The notes beneath the pieces were generated by a model. It was not told the DNA's origin. It saw only the letters and a program-made list of their open reading frames with translations, and ran no database searches. Below are positions 45,493-53,922 of a stretch of 64,000 bases of DNA, piece by piece. Made by a program: the position numbers and the translations under genes. This stretch comes from Acutalibacteraceae bacterium (lineage in GTDB: Bacteria; Bacillota; Clostridia; Oscillospirales; Acutalibacteraceae): the NCBI GenBank assembly GCA_045533195.1, contig JAZSHI010000024.1, positions 448 to 64,447 on the forward strand, written 5' to 3'. Within the stretch, counting starts at the first letter, position 1; every line of letters begins with the position of its first letter.

Positions 45493-48174
45493 TTAAATAA
45501 GTAAATCTGCAATTATTTTTTCTGCTGATAAGTCGGTTAGTTGTACTTTGTCAACAAATTCTGCAATACCCGAAATTTCACCTACGCAATATTTATATTG
45601 ATGACTTACTGTAAATTCGTTTTCCAAATTAAGCTTAATCTTTATGTTTGATTCAACCGATACCTTTTCGGGAGTTTCCAGCAGCGAACTCACAAGGGCT
45701 TTATCCATCTGTGTTTCAATAGTTTTCTGTCCTAAATTTAAGCTGATTTTCCCTTTTGTCTCGTCATACTCTCCGTAGCTTATTGCGTTTACGGGGATTT
45801 CGAACAGATTAATTAAAGATTCCTTGTTAATTTGTTTTAAGGCTTCGATTTTTTTCTCTATTTCCTTGGCGAGTAAGAAACTTTCCTCAACCTGTTTTTC
45901 TTTTTCTTTCTTCATAGTATCTGCTGTTTCATTTGCAAATTCGCATACATCAGAAACAGCTTTTTTAAACTCCGAAACACCATTTTTTGCCTTTTTCTCG
46001 AAATGCTCGGGAACATCACGAAGGAACTCGTTCATAGTTTCCGACGCTGAAAGAATACATTCGCACCTTTTTGCACACTCTGCATCAATTTTCTGCAGTA
46101 TGTCGGGAAGTCTTTCTTCCAATTCCTTTGCAAAAACAAGTTGCTTTTCTTTTTTATCATTTAATAGAGCAGTAACATTATCAAATAAGTTTTGGTCTAA
46201 TAACGTGGCAAAAAGCAGAGCGCATCTCTCATACAGATTTTTTACTGCAATTTCTTTTGCAATATCCTCATAAACATTCTGAGTCTCACATATTTTCTTG
46301 CTTTCTTTTTCTACATCATATACAATTTCCAATTTTTCGTTAATGATAAGACTGTTTTGGGTGTTATTATAAAACTTAAATATAAATTCTTTGAAGGCAT
46401 CGTAATCCAACTGCATTGCTGCAAGAAAAACCGCGCCAAAACCGTCGGAAGTTAAAGAATTAAAACAGTCATTTTTGTTTTTTAAGGTTTCTAAAACAGG
46501 GATACTTGTAAATCTTGCGGCGATTAACGGAAGATTTAAGCCGTCTGCATCTATGAATTCTGCGTATTGGTTACTCTGGGTAACCTCTTTAGTATCACCG
46601 TTGATTGCGTAGGTCTTAAGCAATGAGGAAATGGCATTAATCATCCGGTTGTACTCTTCTTCAAGGTGTTCTATGCTACTGCTTACCTCATCAGAATTTT
46701 TATACTTTTCCTCGTCTTTTTTAAGAGAATCCAGCAAAGAACGGCTTTCTATATACTTGAATTCCAAAAGAGCAAGATTGATTTCTGCACAGCGAACATC
46801 AAAGGAGTCCTTGACTTTTTTAGCATCTTCAATTAATTTATGCGCTGTATCGAATTTACCTACTTGCATATAATATACAGCTTTACTGTAGAGATGTAAG
46901 CAATATTCGTCAAGATGCTCATTTTTGTGTTTTTCCACCGTATCCTTCAAGCAATAGCCTAAGGCTTCATCACTTGCAATTTTTGTGTAAAATTGGCTAA
47001 GCTCATAAATTTGACTGTATTCGTATTGCTTAAGCAAAAGCTCAACGAGAATTTTAAACGCCTCTGTTTTTTCTTTTACGAGCTCATCAGGAGCGCCGGA
47101 AATGGCGGCATTTACTGTGTCAGACGCACTTTCTAAAGAGTCATGCTTCTCAAACATTTTCGCCATATTTATGCTTTTTTCAATCCATTCTCTTTGTTCC
47201 TTCAAATAACGCTGATATAGAGTTTCTCTTAGTTTTTCAACAGTTTTCAACCGATTTTCTTTTTCAGAAGAACTAATTAGGTTATGCTCATATAATTCGT
47301 CTATGGTTGCTTTGGCTAAATCAGGCTTCTCGGCTTTCAGCTCAATCTCAAGCTTTAAATTGTAATATTCTTCTTTTACGTCATCTGAAAAATCATCTCT
47401 TATTTCCTGATTTTGCAGTAAACCAAGAGCACCCTTTAAATTGCTTTCTTTTTCAGCCTTTCTCGCCTTTTCAACGGCTGCTTTTAAATCAGCAAGGTCT
47501 TTTGCATAGGTTTCACGGAAATTTGATATAGCTTCTTTTGCAGTCTCGATAAATTCCTTTGCATTGTCGAAGGAAGCGTAAGAAGCTTCATACATATTTA
47601 AAAGCTCCTCTGCTTTATCCATATTTTCAAGATATATGTAGGCTTGAATATAAAGAGCGCGGTAAACCATTAAATCTTCAAAAGAGGTATTCCTTTCGTA
47701 TCGCTTTTGTTTATCCAGTAATTCAAGGTAATTCTCAATATCGCTTTCGTTTGAAAGTGCTTCTCGGAGTTTATTTATGTCGATAGGATCACCAAGTTTA
47801 TGCAAATTATATATTAATTTACCCACACCTATTGCGTAGTTCGGAGATTTTCCGTTGACTGTAACGTTATCACCCTTTAAAGACACGTTGCTTTTTAAAA
47901 GTTGGTCATAGGTTATACTCTCAATCACTCCAAATGACCGCCCGTATATTTTCTTGTCTGTAAAACAGGTGCCATCTTTTGCAGAGCCAAAAAGGGTAGA
48001 GTCATACAAAGCATACACCGTTTCTGTATTGGGAATATTCATATAATATTTGGCGTTTTGCAGTTTCTTTTCGGGGATTGTATTAAAATAATAGCTTATA
48101 CCGCTATACTCTTTGAGCACTTGTTTAACATCATCAATCATAGTGCCTGTTGATTGTTTATTTGTTTCAGACAT
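45493..48174 (-). CDS. 893-aa protein: putative N-terminal membrane-proximal module plus long helical/TPR-like region, no enzymatic motif seen
   Basis: AAGGAGGG RBS 5 nt upstream. N-terminal IPEKKLQNAKYYM...VYALYDSTLFGSAKDGTCFTDKKIY. The remainder is rich in K, E and L. Confidence 0.85.
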   Translation of the reverse strand: MSETNKQSTGTMIDDVKQVLKEYSGISYYFNTIPEKKLQNAKYYMNIPNTETVYALYDSTLFGSAKDGTCFTDKKIYGRSFGVIESITYDQLLKSNVSLKGDNVTVNGKSPNYAIGVGKLIYNLHKLGDPIDINKLREALSNESDIENYLELLDKQKRYERNTSFEDLMVYRALYIQAYIYLENMDKAEELLNMYEASYASFDNAKEFIETAKEAISNFRETYAKDLADLKAAVEKARKAEKESNLKGALGLLQNQEIRDDFSDDVKEEYYNLKLEIELKAEKPDLAKATIDELYEHNLISSSEKENRLKTVEKLRETLYQRYLKEQREWIEKSINMAKMFEKHDSLESASDTVNAAISGAPDELVKEKTEAFKILVELLLKQYEYSQIYELSQFYTKIASDEALGYCLKDTVEKHKNEHLDEYCLHLYSKAVYYMQVGKFDTAHKLIEDAKKVKDSFDVRCAEINLALLEFKYIESRSLLDSLKKDEEKYKNSDEVSSSIEHLEEEYNRMINAISSLLKTYAINGDTKEVTQSNQYAEFIDADGLNLPLIAARFTSIPVLETLKNKNDCFNSLTSDGFGAVFLAAMQLDYDAFKEFIFKFYNNTQNSLIINEKLEIVYDVEKESKKICETQNVYEDIAKEIAVKNLYERCALLFATLLDQNLFDNVTALLNDKKEKQLVFAKELEERLPDILQKIDAECAKRCECILSASETMNEFLRDVPEHFEKKAKNGVSEFKKAVSDVCEFANETADTMKKEKEKQVEESFLLAKEIEKKIEALKQINKESLINLFEIPVNAISYGEYDETKGKISLNLGQKTIETQMDKALVSSLLETPEKVSVESNIKIKLNLENEFTVSHQYKYCVGEISGIAEFVDKVQLTDLSAEKIIADLLI

Positions 48175-48185
48175 TTTTACCCTCC

Positions 48186-49184
48186 TTACACAGCCTCTAG
48201 ACGTGCAATATACTCTTGTCCGCGCATAAGACTTTCCATAGATTTTTCTTCCAATTCGCCTTCCTCATTAAGAAGGGATGTATCTATTATGGCTTTTATG
48301 GTAATTGCAAGTTGAACACAAGCGTAAATGGATTTCCTTTCTTCATCACTATATTTGCTGTAATCCTCGCCGGATGTATTGATAATATCACACATATTAT
48401 TAACAGCGCATACAAAGAATTGATTCAGTATTTGTAAAATTCCGTTTAACTGACTTGCTCTTACCATTATTCCGTTAAGCACAATGCAGGTACTAAGCAC
48501 TTGCTCGTTAAGTGTCTGCGCCCGTAAATATTCGGATTCGGCATCATTAAATTTTTTCTTTGCCTGACTAGCAAAAATAGAGCCTGCAAGAGAAATTACC
48601 GAACCAACATTTAATCCTTTAAGCACCGCGGCTCCGCCTGCCATACCCAAACCTCCGGCAGCCTTTGCGCCTCCGCCCAATAAAGCTAATGCGTGTTTAG
48701 ATGCCGCCGCACCGGCTAAGCCGCTATGGGTAACGGTACGCAAAACAACGGCTTGTGTACCTTTTGAAACGAGACTTCCGATAGCAATTGAAGCGGCTCC
48801 GCCCATTGCGAGATCTTTTGCTGCAATGGCGGCTTCTTTTATTTCAAGAATTTCTTGTTTGTGTTCGGTGAAATGTTTTAATTCATTAATTCCTTCGGTT
48901 TCCTTGAAATTGACATTTTTGATTCTTTCAAAATTGGTCACAAAATCACTCATACTTTCTGCAAGTATATGGATTTTGGTGTCGGCAAACTTTTCCAGCC
49001 TGTCCATTGCTCTGTTATTGGCATTTTCCATATTTTGTTTTGCGGTATCAGAAAGCTGTTCTGCCTGATTTTTTAGCTCTTTGGCAGTTGAAAGATCGTT
49101 AGCTCCGTCAACACCCTTCTTGACACCATGGGCAGCAGAAGCAATTGATATTGCGCCGAGTATTAATGGAATAAATATTGGCAT
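48186..49184 (-). CDS. 332-aa helical protein with N-terminal hydrophobic helix and central Gly/Ala-rich amphipathic segments
   Basis: AAGGGGG RBS. N-terminus MPIFIPLILGAISIASAAHG. Central AMGGAASIAIGSLV...GLAGAAASKHALALLGGGAKAAGGLGMAGGAAVLKGLNVGSVISLAGSIFA. Confidence 0.85.
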   Translation of the reverse strand: MPIFIPLILGAISIASAAHGVKKGVDGANDLSTAKELKNQAEQLSDTAKQNMENANNRAMDRLEKFADTKIHILAESMSDFVTNFERIKNVNFKETEGINELKHFTEHKQEILEIKEAAIAAKDLAMGGAASIAIGSLVSKGTQAVVLRTVTHSGLAGAAASKHALALLGGGAKAAGGLGMAGGAAVLKGLNVGSVISLAGSIFASQAKKKFNDAESEYLRAQTLNEQVLSTCIVLNGIMVRASQLNGILQILNQFFVCAVNNMCDIINTSGEDYSKYSDEERKSIYACVQLAITIKAIIDTSLLNEEGELEEKSMESLMRGQEYIARLEAV

Positions 49185-49199
49185 AATATAACCCCCTTA

Positions 49200-50549
49200 T
49201 TAAAATTCTAATACTAAAGAATCGTCCATCATAAATTCGTCGAATTCTTCAAAGTTTTTAAACTGAATGGTTCCTCCAACTTCAGCGGTTATGGTATTTA
49301 ATGCCGAAGTTAATAAATCTATATTATTGGTATCTAAGGCTGTTGCTAAGGAAATAAGACTTTCTTTGAAAACCTTTTGACGTTTTTCCGACTCAATAAA
49401 GGTGCTGTTAAGAAGAAATTCTCTTTCCTCTTTTATAACATTTATAGCCTCTTGAGAGAGAACTCTGATTTCATTCAGACGTTGGGATGAGACCATTTCC
49501 TCCTCAAAAACATTCATAGCATACTTATATAATTCGCTGTAAACTGCTGTTACGATTGTGGAAGATGCCGCTTGCGTTAAAGCCGCCGCTACCCCCTTCA
49601 TACCCATTGAAAGAGAAATAGACGTACCGATGGAAGTACCCCACGCCTGTGACACCTGAAACAAACCGTCCTGTCCGATTTTAAGGAAAAACTGTGTATC
49701 TGTGATTTCACCGTTAATATATTCTTTAAAATGCTCCTTGACGTTTTCTGCCGTTGCTGTCAGCTCATTTAAGTCAAGATATTTTGAAATTTTCAGCTTT
49801 TCGCAGGCTTTGACTATGTAGTCATTAATTGCTTCTTTAGATAATTCACCGACTTTTTGAGTGGCTGCCTCGGTTAAAGACATTTCTCCGTTAATTAAAT
49901 TTTTGGCAGTATCAATAGCCTCGCCTGAAATACCGAATTTTTCGGTTGCTTTTGAAACAACACCGTCAATAGCCTTATGCTTTATTTCGTCCACCGTTTC
50001 AGTAACAGAATTTTCGATTATCTCTTGAGCAGACATACTTCCGTCTAAAAAACCGTGTAGATTTTCAATTCCCTTGTTTAAAAGCGTTTGTGTCGAATCG
50101 GTTGCAAATAAATCCGCCTTTTTAACGGCATCAGTCTTATATTTTTTACTTTCAAGTTTTTTGTGTTTTTGTGCGAAAGAGTCGGAAACATTTTTCTGTA
50201 TTCTGTCGCACAACATTTCCGGTAAAACTTCTTTGGTTTTTGACAGCACTGCGTTTTTTGAAATTTCTAATGCTTCACTTATATTTGCATCTTCATTCTC
50301 AATACCTTCCAGTCCGCTTGAAAGACCTGCATATACAATAGAGTATATACCGCTTTTTATATCTGAGGATTTACTGTTTTCTTGGTTACTGTTAAATGTA
50401 TCATAAAGTTCGTCAACCTTTTGGTGTACTGCGGATGCAGTCGCTTCCTTTAAGGATGATTTTTCTTCAACCATTTGGGCGCCGCCGTTTATTAATACAC
50501 AAATAACCTCGGATAAAGCATCTGTATCTATTTTTGAATTAATTTTCAT
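49200..50549 (-). CDS. 449-aa helical protein with one Gly/Ser/Ala-rich hydrophobic hairpin
   Basis: GAGGTGA RBS. Hairpin region AWGTSIGTSISLSMGMKGVAAALTQAASSTIVTAVY is flanked by long predicted helices. Confidence 0.85.
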   Translation of the reverse strand: MKINSKIDTDALSEVICVLINGGAQMVEEKSSLKEATASAVHQKVDELYDTFNSNQENSKSSDIKSGIYSIVYAGLSSGLEGIENEDANISEALEISKNAVLSKTKEVLPEMLCDRIQKNVSDSFAQKHKKLESKKYKTDAVKKADLFATDSTQTLLNKGIENLHGFLDGSMSAQEIIENSVTETVDEIKHKAIDGVVSKATEKFGISGEAIDTAKNLINGEMSLTEAATQKVGELSKEAINDYIVKACEKLKISKYLDLNELTATAENVKEHFKEYINGEITDTQFFLKIGQDGLFQVSQAWGTSIGTSISLSMGMKGVAAALTQAASSTIVTAVYSELYKYAMNVFEEEMVSSQRLNEIRVLSQEAINVIKEEREFLLNSTFIESEKRQKVFKESLISLATALDTNNIDLLTSALNTITAEVGGTIQFKNFEEFDEFMMDDSLVLEF

Positions 50550-50577
50550 ATAATCACCTCGTGTTTTTGAAAGAATA

Positions 50578-51552
50578 TTACTGATTTGAATAATTATTTA
50601 TAATCTTTTCTGCTTCCTGACGAATGCTTTGAGCAAATTCCTTTGGGCTTATTACCGTTACCCATGCGCCCTGACTTAAAATCCACATTTTAATGCCGTC
50701 GCCATAGGTTTCGGCTTCTATTAAGTATTTGTTTGCTCCTGTTCGTTCAATGACTTTGGCGGTGGGAAGCTTATCGAGAACTGCCTGAACCGACGGGCCG
50801 GAAAATTCAAATCTTATTTTACGAAGTTTGCCGGGCCACATAAAGAGACTTCTTTTGCGAAGTAATCCTTCGTCGAAGTCGCGGAAATCATCATCGCAAA
50901 ATTTCTTTCGGTGTTCGATTATATTCTTTATTCTGTCAAGGCGGAAATAATACGGTTTTTCCGTATTGCCCTCACACACAAAGGCGATTAAGTAAAAATA
51001 ATAATCGGTGAACATAACCGAGGCAGGCCGCAGACGGTGTGTAACCCATTTCCTATCCATTCGGTAGTATTCAATTGATATTTCCTTTTTCTCGGTAATG
51101 CAATTAGTAATCTGCCATAGTCTATCCTGCACACTTGCACAATCGTGCTTAACCTCGGGGTAGTGATACAGCTCTTTTCGGATAAGCTCTGCAAGATTTG
51201 TCTTATTGTCACCCGTAGTAAAGCGCTTGAGCTTATTGATAAGCGTTAAAAGCTCATCCCTTGAAAAAGCGCGCGCCCCTATTATAACCTCCACAAGAGC
51301 AAAAAGCTCTTTATTGCTTAAAAATTCATCCATAAAAAGATGATAACATTTATTTTTATGTGAGTATTCCAACTCTGTGTTACCCACAAGTTCACGATTA
51401 TCAGAGAGAAACGCCTTTAAATCGGCAATGTTTCGGCTAACGCTTTTGGTAGATACGCCGTATTCGTCAGCGAGTTTCGAGACCGATATGTCTTCACCTC
51501 GAAGAGCACGGAAGAAAATCTCCAAAATTCTGTACTGCTTTGTGTTTTCCAT
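50578..51552 (-). CDS. HTH-WYL-WCX transcriptional regulator (BrxR/CapW/PafBC-like architecture)
   Basis: ORF 50578..51585, likely ATG at 51552. N-terminal HTH (YRILEIFF...VSKLADEYGVSTKSVSRNI) and WYL-like core ISIEYYRMDRKWVTHRLRPASVMFTDYYFYLIAF. Confidence 0.8.
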   Translation of the reverse strand: MENTKQYRILEIFFRALRGEDISVSKLADEYGVSTKSVSRNIADLKAFLSDNRELVGNTELEYSHKNKCYHLFMDEFLSNKELFALVEVIIGARAFSRDELLTLINKLKRFTTGDNKTNLAELIRKELYHYPEVKHDCASVQDRLWQITNCITEKKEISIEYYRMDRKWVTHRLRPASVMFTDYYFYLIAFVCEGNTEKPYYFRLDRIKNIIEHRKKFCDDDFRDFDEGLLRKRSLFMWPGKLRKIRFEFSGPSVQAVLDKLPTAKVIERTGANKYLIEAETYGDGIKMWILSQGAWVTVISPKEFAQSIRQEAEKIINNYSNQ

Positions 51553-51600
51553 TTTTTTAATCCGCCTTTGTAACTTTAAAATCATTTTATAAAATTACTC

Positions 51601-51616
51601 GGACATACTGTTGTCC
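51601..51616. promoter_or_regulatory. palindrome GGACA-N6-TGTCC between the leader terminator and the WYL-gene RBS
   Basis: Perfect 5-bp arms. The same GGACA/TGTCC pentamers form the outer ends of the leader hairpin (51695..51803). Confidence 0.4.
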
Positions 51617-51629
51617 CATAAAAAAACTA

Positions 51630-51663
51630 AAATAAAAAATGCGCAGCCGAAGAGGCTACGCAC
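51630..51663 (-). terminator. intrinsic terminator inside the 5' leader of the WYL-led operon
   Basis: Minus-strand GCGTAGCC-TCTTC-GGCTGCGC followed by ATTTTTTATTTT. Confidence 0.7.
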
Positions 51664-51806
51664 GAAAATCATACCCTCTGCTGTTTAAGGTTGCTGGACA
51701 CTTAAATTAAACTTTGTTGCAAAGTCAGCCAGCGGGTATGGTTTTACCATAACCGGTTTTGCAACAAAAGATTAAAATAAACCGATTTTAACTTAAATGT
51801 CCAACA
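51664..51806 (-). ncRNA. candidate structured leader RNA (three-tier ~110-nt hairpin)
   Basis: Arms 51790..51803 and 51695..51708 (GGACATTTAAGTT / AATTTAAGTGTCC). Inner arms TTGTTGCAAA / TTTGCAACAA. Apex GGTTATGG-TAAAA-CCATACC. Confidence 0.45.
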
Positions 51807-51811
51807 TAGTG

Positions 51812-51840
51812 ATTATAACATAAACACTTTTATTTGTAAA
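51812..51840 (-). promoter_or_regulatory. sigma-A type promoter (TTTACA-N17-TATAAT)
   Basis: Minus-strand hexamers at 51835..51840 and 51812..51817. The predicted start site falls at the 5' arm of the leader hairpin. Confidence 0.65.
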
Positions 51841-51947
51841 TCTATTTTATTGCTAATTTTCAAAGGTGCAATTGTACTAAAGAAATATCGGTTTTGTTTT
51901 TTCTTTAGTGAAAAGCGACGATTTTATATTATGTTAAATAAATATCA

Positions 51948-51976
51948 TTGCTTTTTTATTTTTACTGTGATATAAT
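51948..51976 (+). promoter_or_regulatory. pckA promoter (TTGCTT-N17-TATAAT with TG extension)
   Basis: Hexamers read directly from the sequence, about 110 nt upstream of the pckA ATG. Confidence 0.6.
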
Positions 51977-52086
51977 AACCTCATAATTAGGGAGAATATG
52001 GCTTTGCTGTTAAAAATTCCCCATTGCCCAAAATTTTAAAAGGGCAAAATTATGACAATAATATATTTAGGAAAGAGGTAATTTTT

Positions 52087-53691
52087 ATGAAAAACTTAGA
52101 TTTAAGCAAGTATGGCATTACCGGTGTAAAAGAAATAATCCACAACCCTTCTTATGAAGAGCTTTTCGCCGCTGAAACCGATCCTGCTCTCGAAGGCTTT
52201 GAAAAAGGTCAGGTAACCGAGCTTGGCGCGGTTAACGTTATGACCGGTATCTACACAGGTCGTTCCCCCAAAGATAAGTTCATTGTTATGGATAAAAACT
52301 CTAAGGACACTGTATGGTGGACTTCTGATGAATTCAAAAACGACAACCATCCCTGCAGCGAAGAAACCTGGGCAGTATTAAAGGATATTGCAACTAAGCA
52401 GCTTAGTGAAAAGAAGCTTTACGTTGTTGACGTATTCTGCGGTGCAAACGAAGACTCAAGAATGTCTATCCGTTTCATTATGGAGGTTGCTTGGCAGGCT
52501 CACTTTGTAAAGAATATGTTTATTAATCCTACCGCTGAAGAGCTTGAGAAATTCGAACCCGATTTCGTTTGCTACAATGCTTCCAAAGCAAAGATTGAAA
52601 ACTTCAAGGAATTAGGTCTTAACTCTGAGACCGCTTCTGTATTCAACATTACTTCCAGAGAACAGGTTATTCTTAACACCTGGTACGGCGGTGAAATGAA
52701 GAAGGGTATGTTCTCTATGATGAACTACTACTTACCTCTTAACGGTATGGCTTCTATGCACTGCTCCGCTAACACCGATATGAACGGCGAAAACACCGCT
52801 CTCTTTTTCGGTCTTTCCGGTACAGGTAAAACTACCCTTTCTACCGATCCTAAGCGTCTTCTTATCGGTGATGATGAGCACGGCTGGGACGACAAGGGCG
52901 TATTTAACTTCGAAGGCGGCTGCTATGCTAAGGTTATTAACCTTGACAAAGAAAGCGAGCCTGACATCTATGCTGCTATCCGCAGAAACGCTCTTCTTGA
53001 GAACGTAACCGTTGATGAAAACGGCGTTTGCGATTTCGCTGACGATTCCGTTACCGAGAACACCCGTGTTTCTTACCCCATTGACCATATCGAAAAGATC
53101 GTTCGTCCTGTTTCTGCAGCACCCGACGCTAAGAACGTAATCTTCCTTTCTGCCGATGCTTTCGGTGTACTTCCTCCTGTTTCTATTCTTACTCCCGAAC
53201 AGGCACAGTACTACTTCCTCTCCGGCTTTACCTCTAAGCTTGCTGGTACCGAGCGCGGAATCACCGAGCCTACTCCTACCTTCTCTGCCTGTTTCGGTCA
53301 GGCTTTCTTAGAGCTTCACCCCACCAAGTATGCTGAAGAGCTTGTTAAGAAGATGGAAAAGAGTGGCGCTAAGGCTTATCTCGTAAATACCGGTTGGAAC
53401 GGCAGCGGTAAGCGTATCTCCATTAAGGATACCCGCGGTATCATTGATGCTATCCTTGACGGTTCTATCCTTAAGGCTGACACCAAGACCATTCCCTACT
53501 TCAATCTTGAAGTTCCCACCGCACTTCCCGGTGTTGACAGCGGTATCCTTGATCCCAGAGACACCTATGGCGATGCAGCCGAGTGGGATACAAAGGCAAA
53601 AGACCTCGCTTCCCGTTTTGTTAAGAACTTTGATAAGTACACCGGCAATGATGCAGGTAAAGCACTTGTTGAAGCAGGTCCCGAACTTTAA
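52087..53691 (+). CDS. pckA: phosphoenolpyruvate carboxykinase (ATP)
   Basis: ORF 52024..53691. ATG at 52087 follows AGGAAAGAGG. Kinase-1a motif GLSGTGKTT and typical PckA sequence. Confidence 0.93.
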   Translation: MKNLDLSKYGITGVKEIIHNPSYEELFAAETDPALEGFEKGQVTELGAVNVMTGIYTGRSPKDKFIVMDKNSKDTVWWTSDEFKNDNHPCSEETWAVLKDIATKQLSEKKLYVVDVFCGANEDSRMSIRFIMEVAWQAHFVKNMFINPTAEELEKFEPDFVCYNASKAKIENFKELGLNSETASVFNITSREQVILNTWYGGEMKKGMFSMMNYYLPLNGMASMHCSANTDMNGENTALFFGLSGTGKTTLSTDPKRLLIGDDEHGWDDKGVFNFEGGCYAKVINLDKESEPDIYAAIRRNALLENVTVDENGVCDFADDSVTENTRVSYPIDHIEKIVRPVSAAPDAKNVIFLSADAFGVLPPVSILTPEQAQYYFLSGFTSKLAGTERGITEPTPTFSACFGQAFLELHPTKYAEELVKKMEKSGAKAYLVNTGWNGSGKRISIKDTRGIIDAILDGSILKADTKTIPYFNLEVPTALPGVDSGILDPRDTYGDAAEWDTKAKDLASRFVKNFDKYTGNDAGKALVEAGPEL

Positions 53692-53708
53692 TTTTAAACT
53701 TAAAAAAA

Positions 53709-53746
53709 GCAGACGTTGTGCCAAAGGGCATAACGTCTGTTTTTTA
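53709..53746 (+). terminator. rho-independent terminator
   Basis: Stem CAGACGTT...AACGTCTG followed by T6. Confidence 0.8.
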
Positions 53747-53781
53747 TGCTCTAGGATTTAGGAACTAGGAGCTATGAAAAA

Positions 53782-53917
53782 GCCTTCCCCTTTTGTTCGG
53801 AGGGGAAGGTGGGTTTTGCGTAGCAAAAGTCGGATGAGGTGTAGTAAAGAAGGTTAGAGCAAACAAAACTTCCACCTCACCACCGCCTTCGACGGAGCCT
53901 CTCCTCAAGGAGAAGCC
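53782..53917 (+). repeat. repeat family A, copy 2
   Basis: GCCTTCCCC-TTTTGTTCGG-AGGGGAAGGTGGGTTTTGCGTAGCAAAAGTCGGATGAGGTG ... CACCTCAC ... GGAGCCTCTCC-TCAA-GGAGAAGCC. Confidence 0.8.
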
Positions 53918-53922
53918 TTTAT

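Noticed and set aside
44994-51840. Prophage or integrative element interpretation of the island
   Set aside because: There is no integrase, recombinase, transposase, or phage structural or replication gene. I could find no flanking direct repeats, and the island is not adjacent to a tRNA. I treat it as a small defence-like operon instead.
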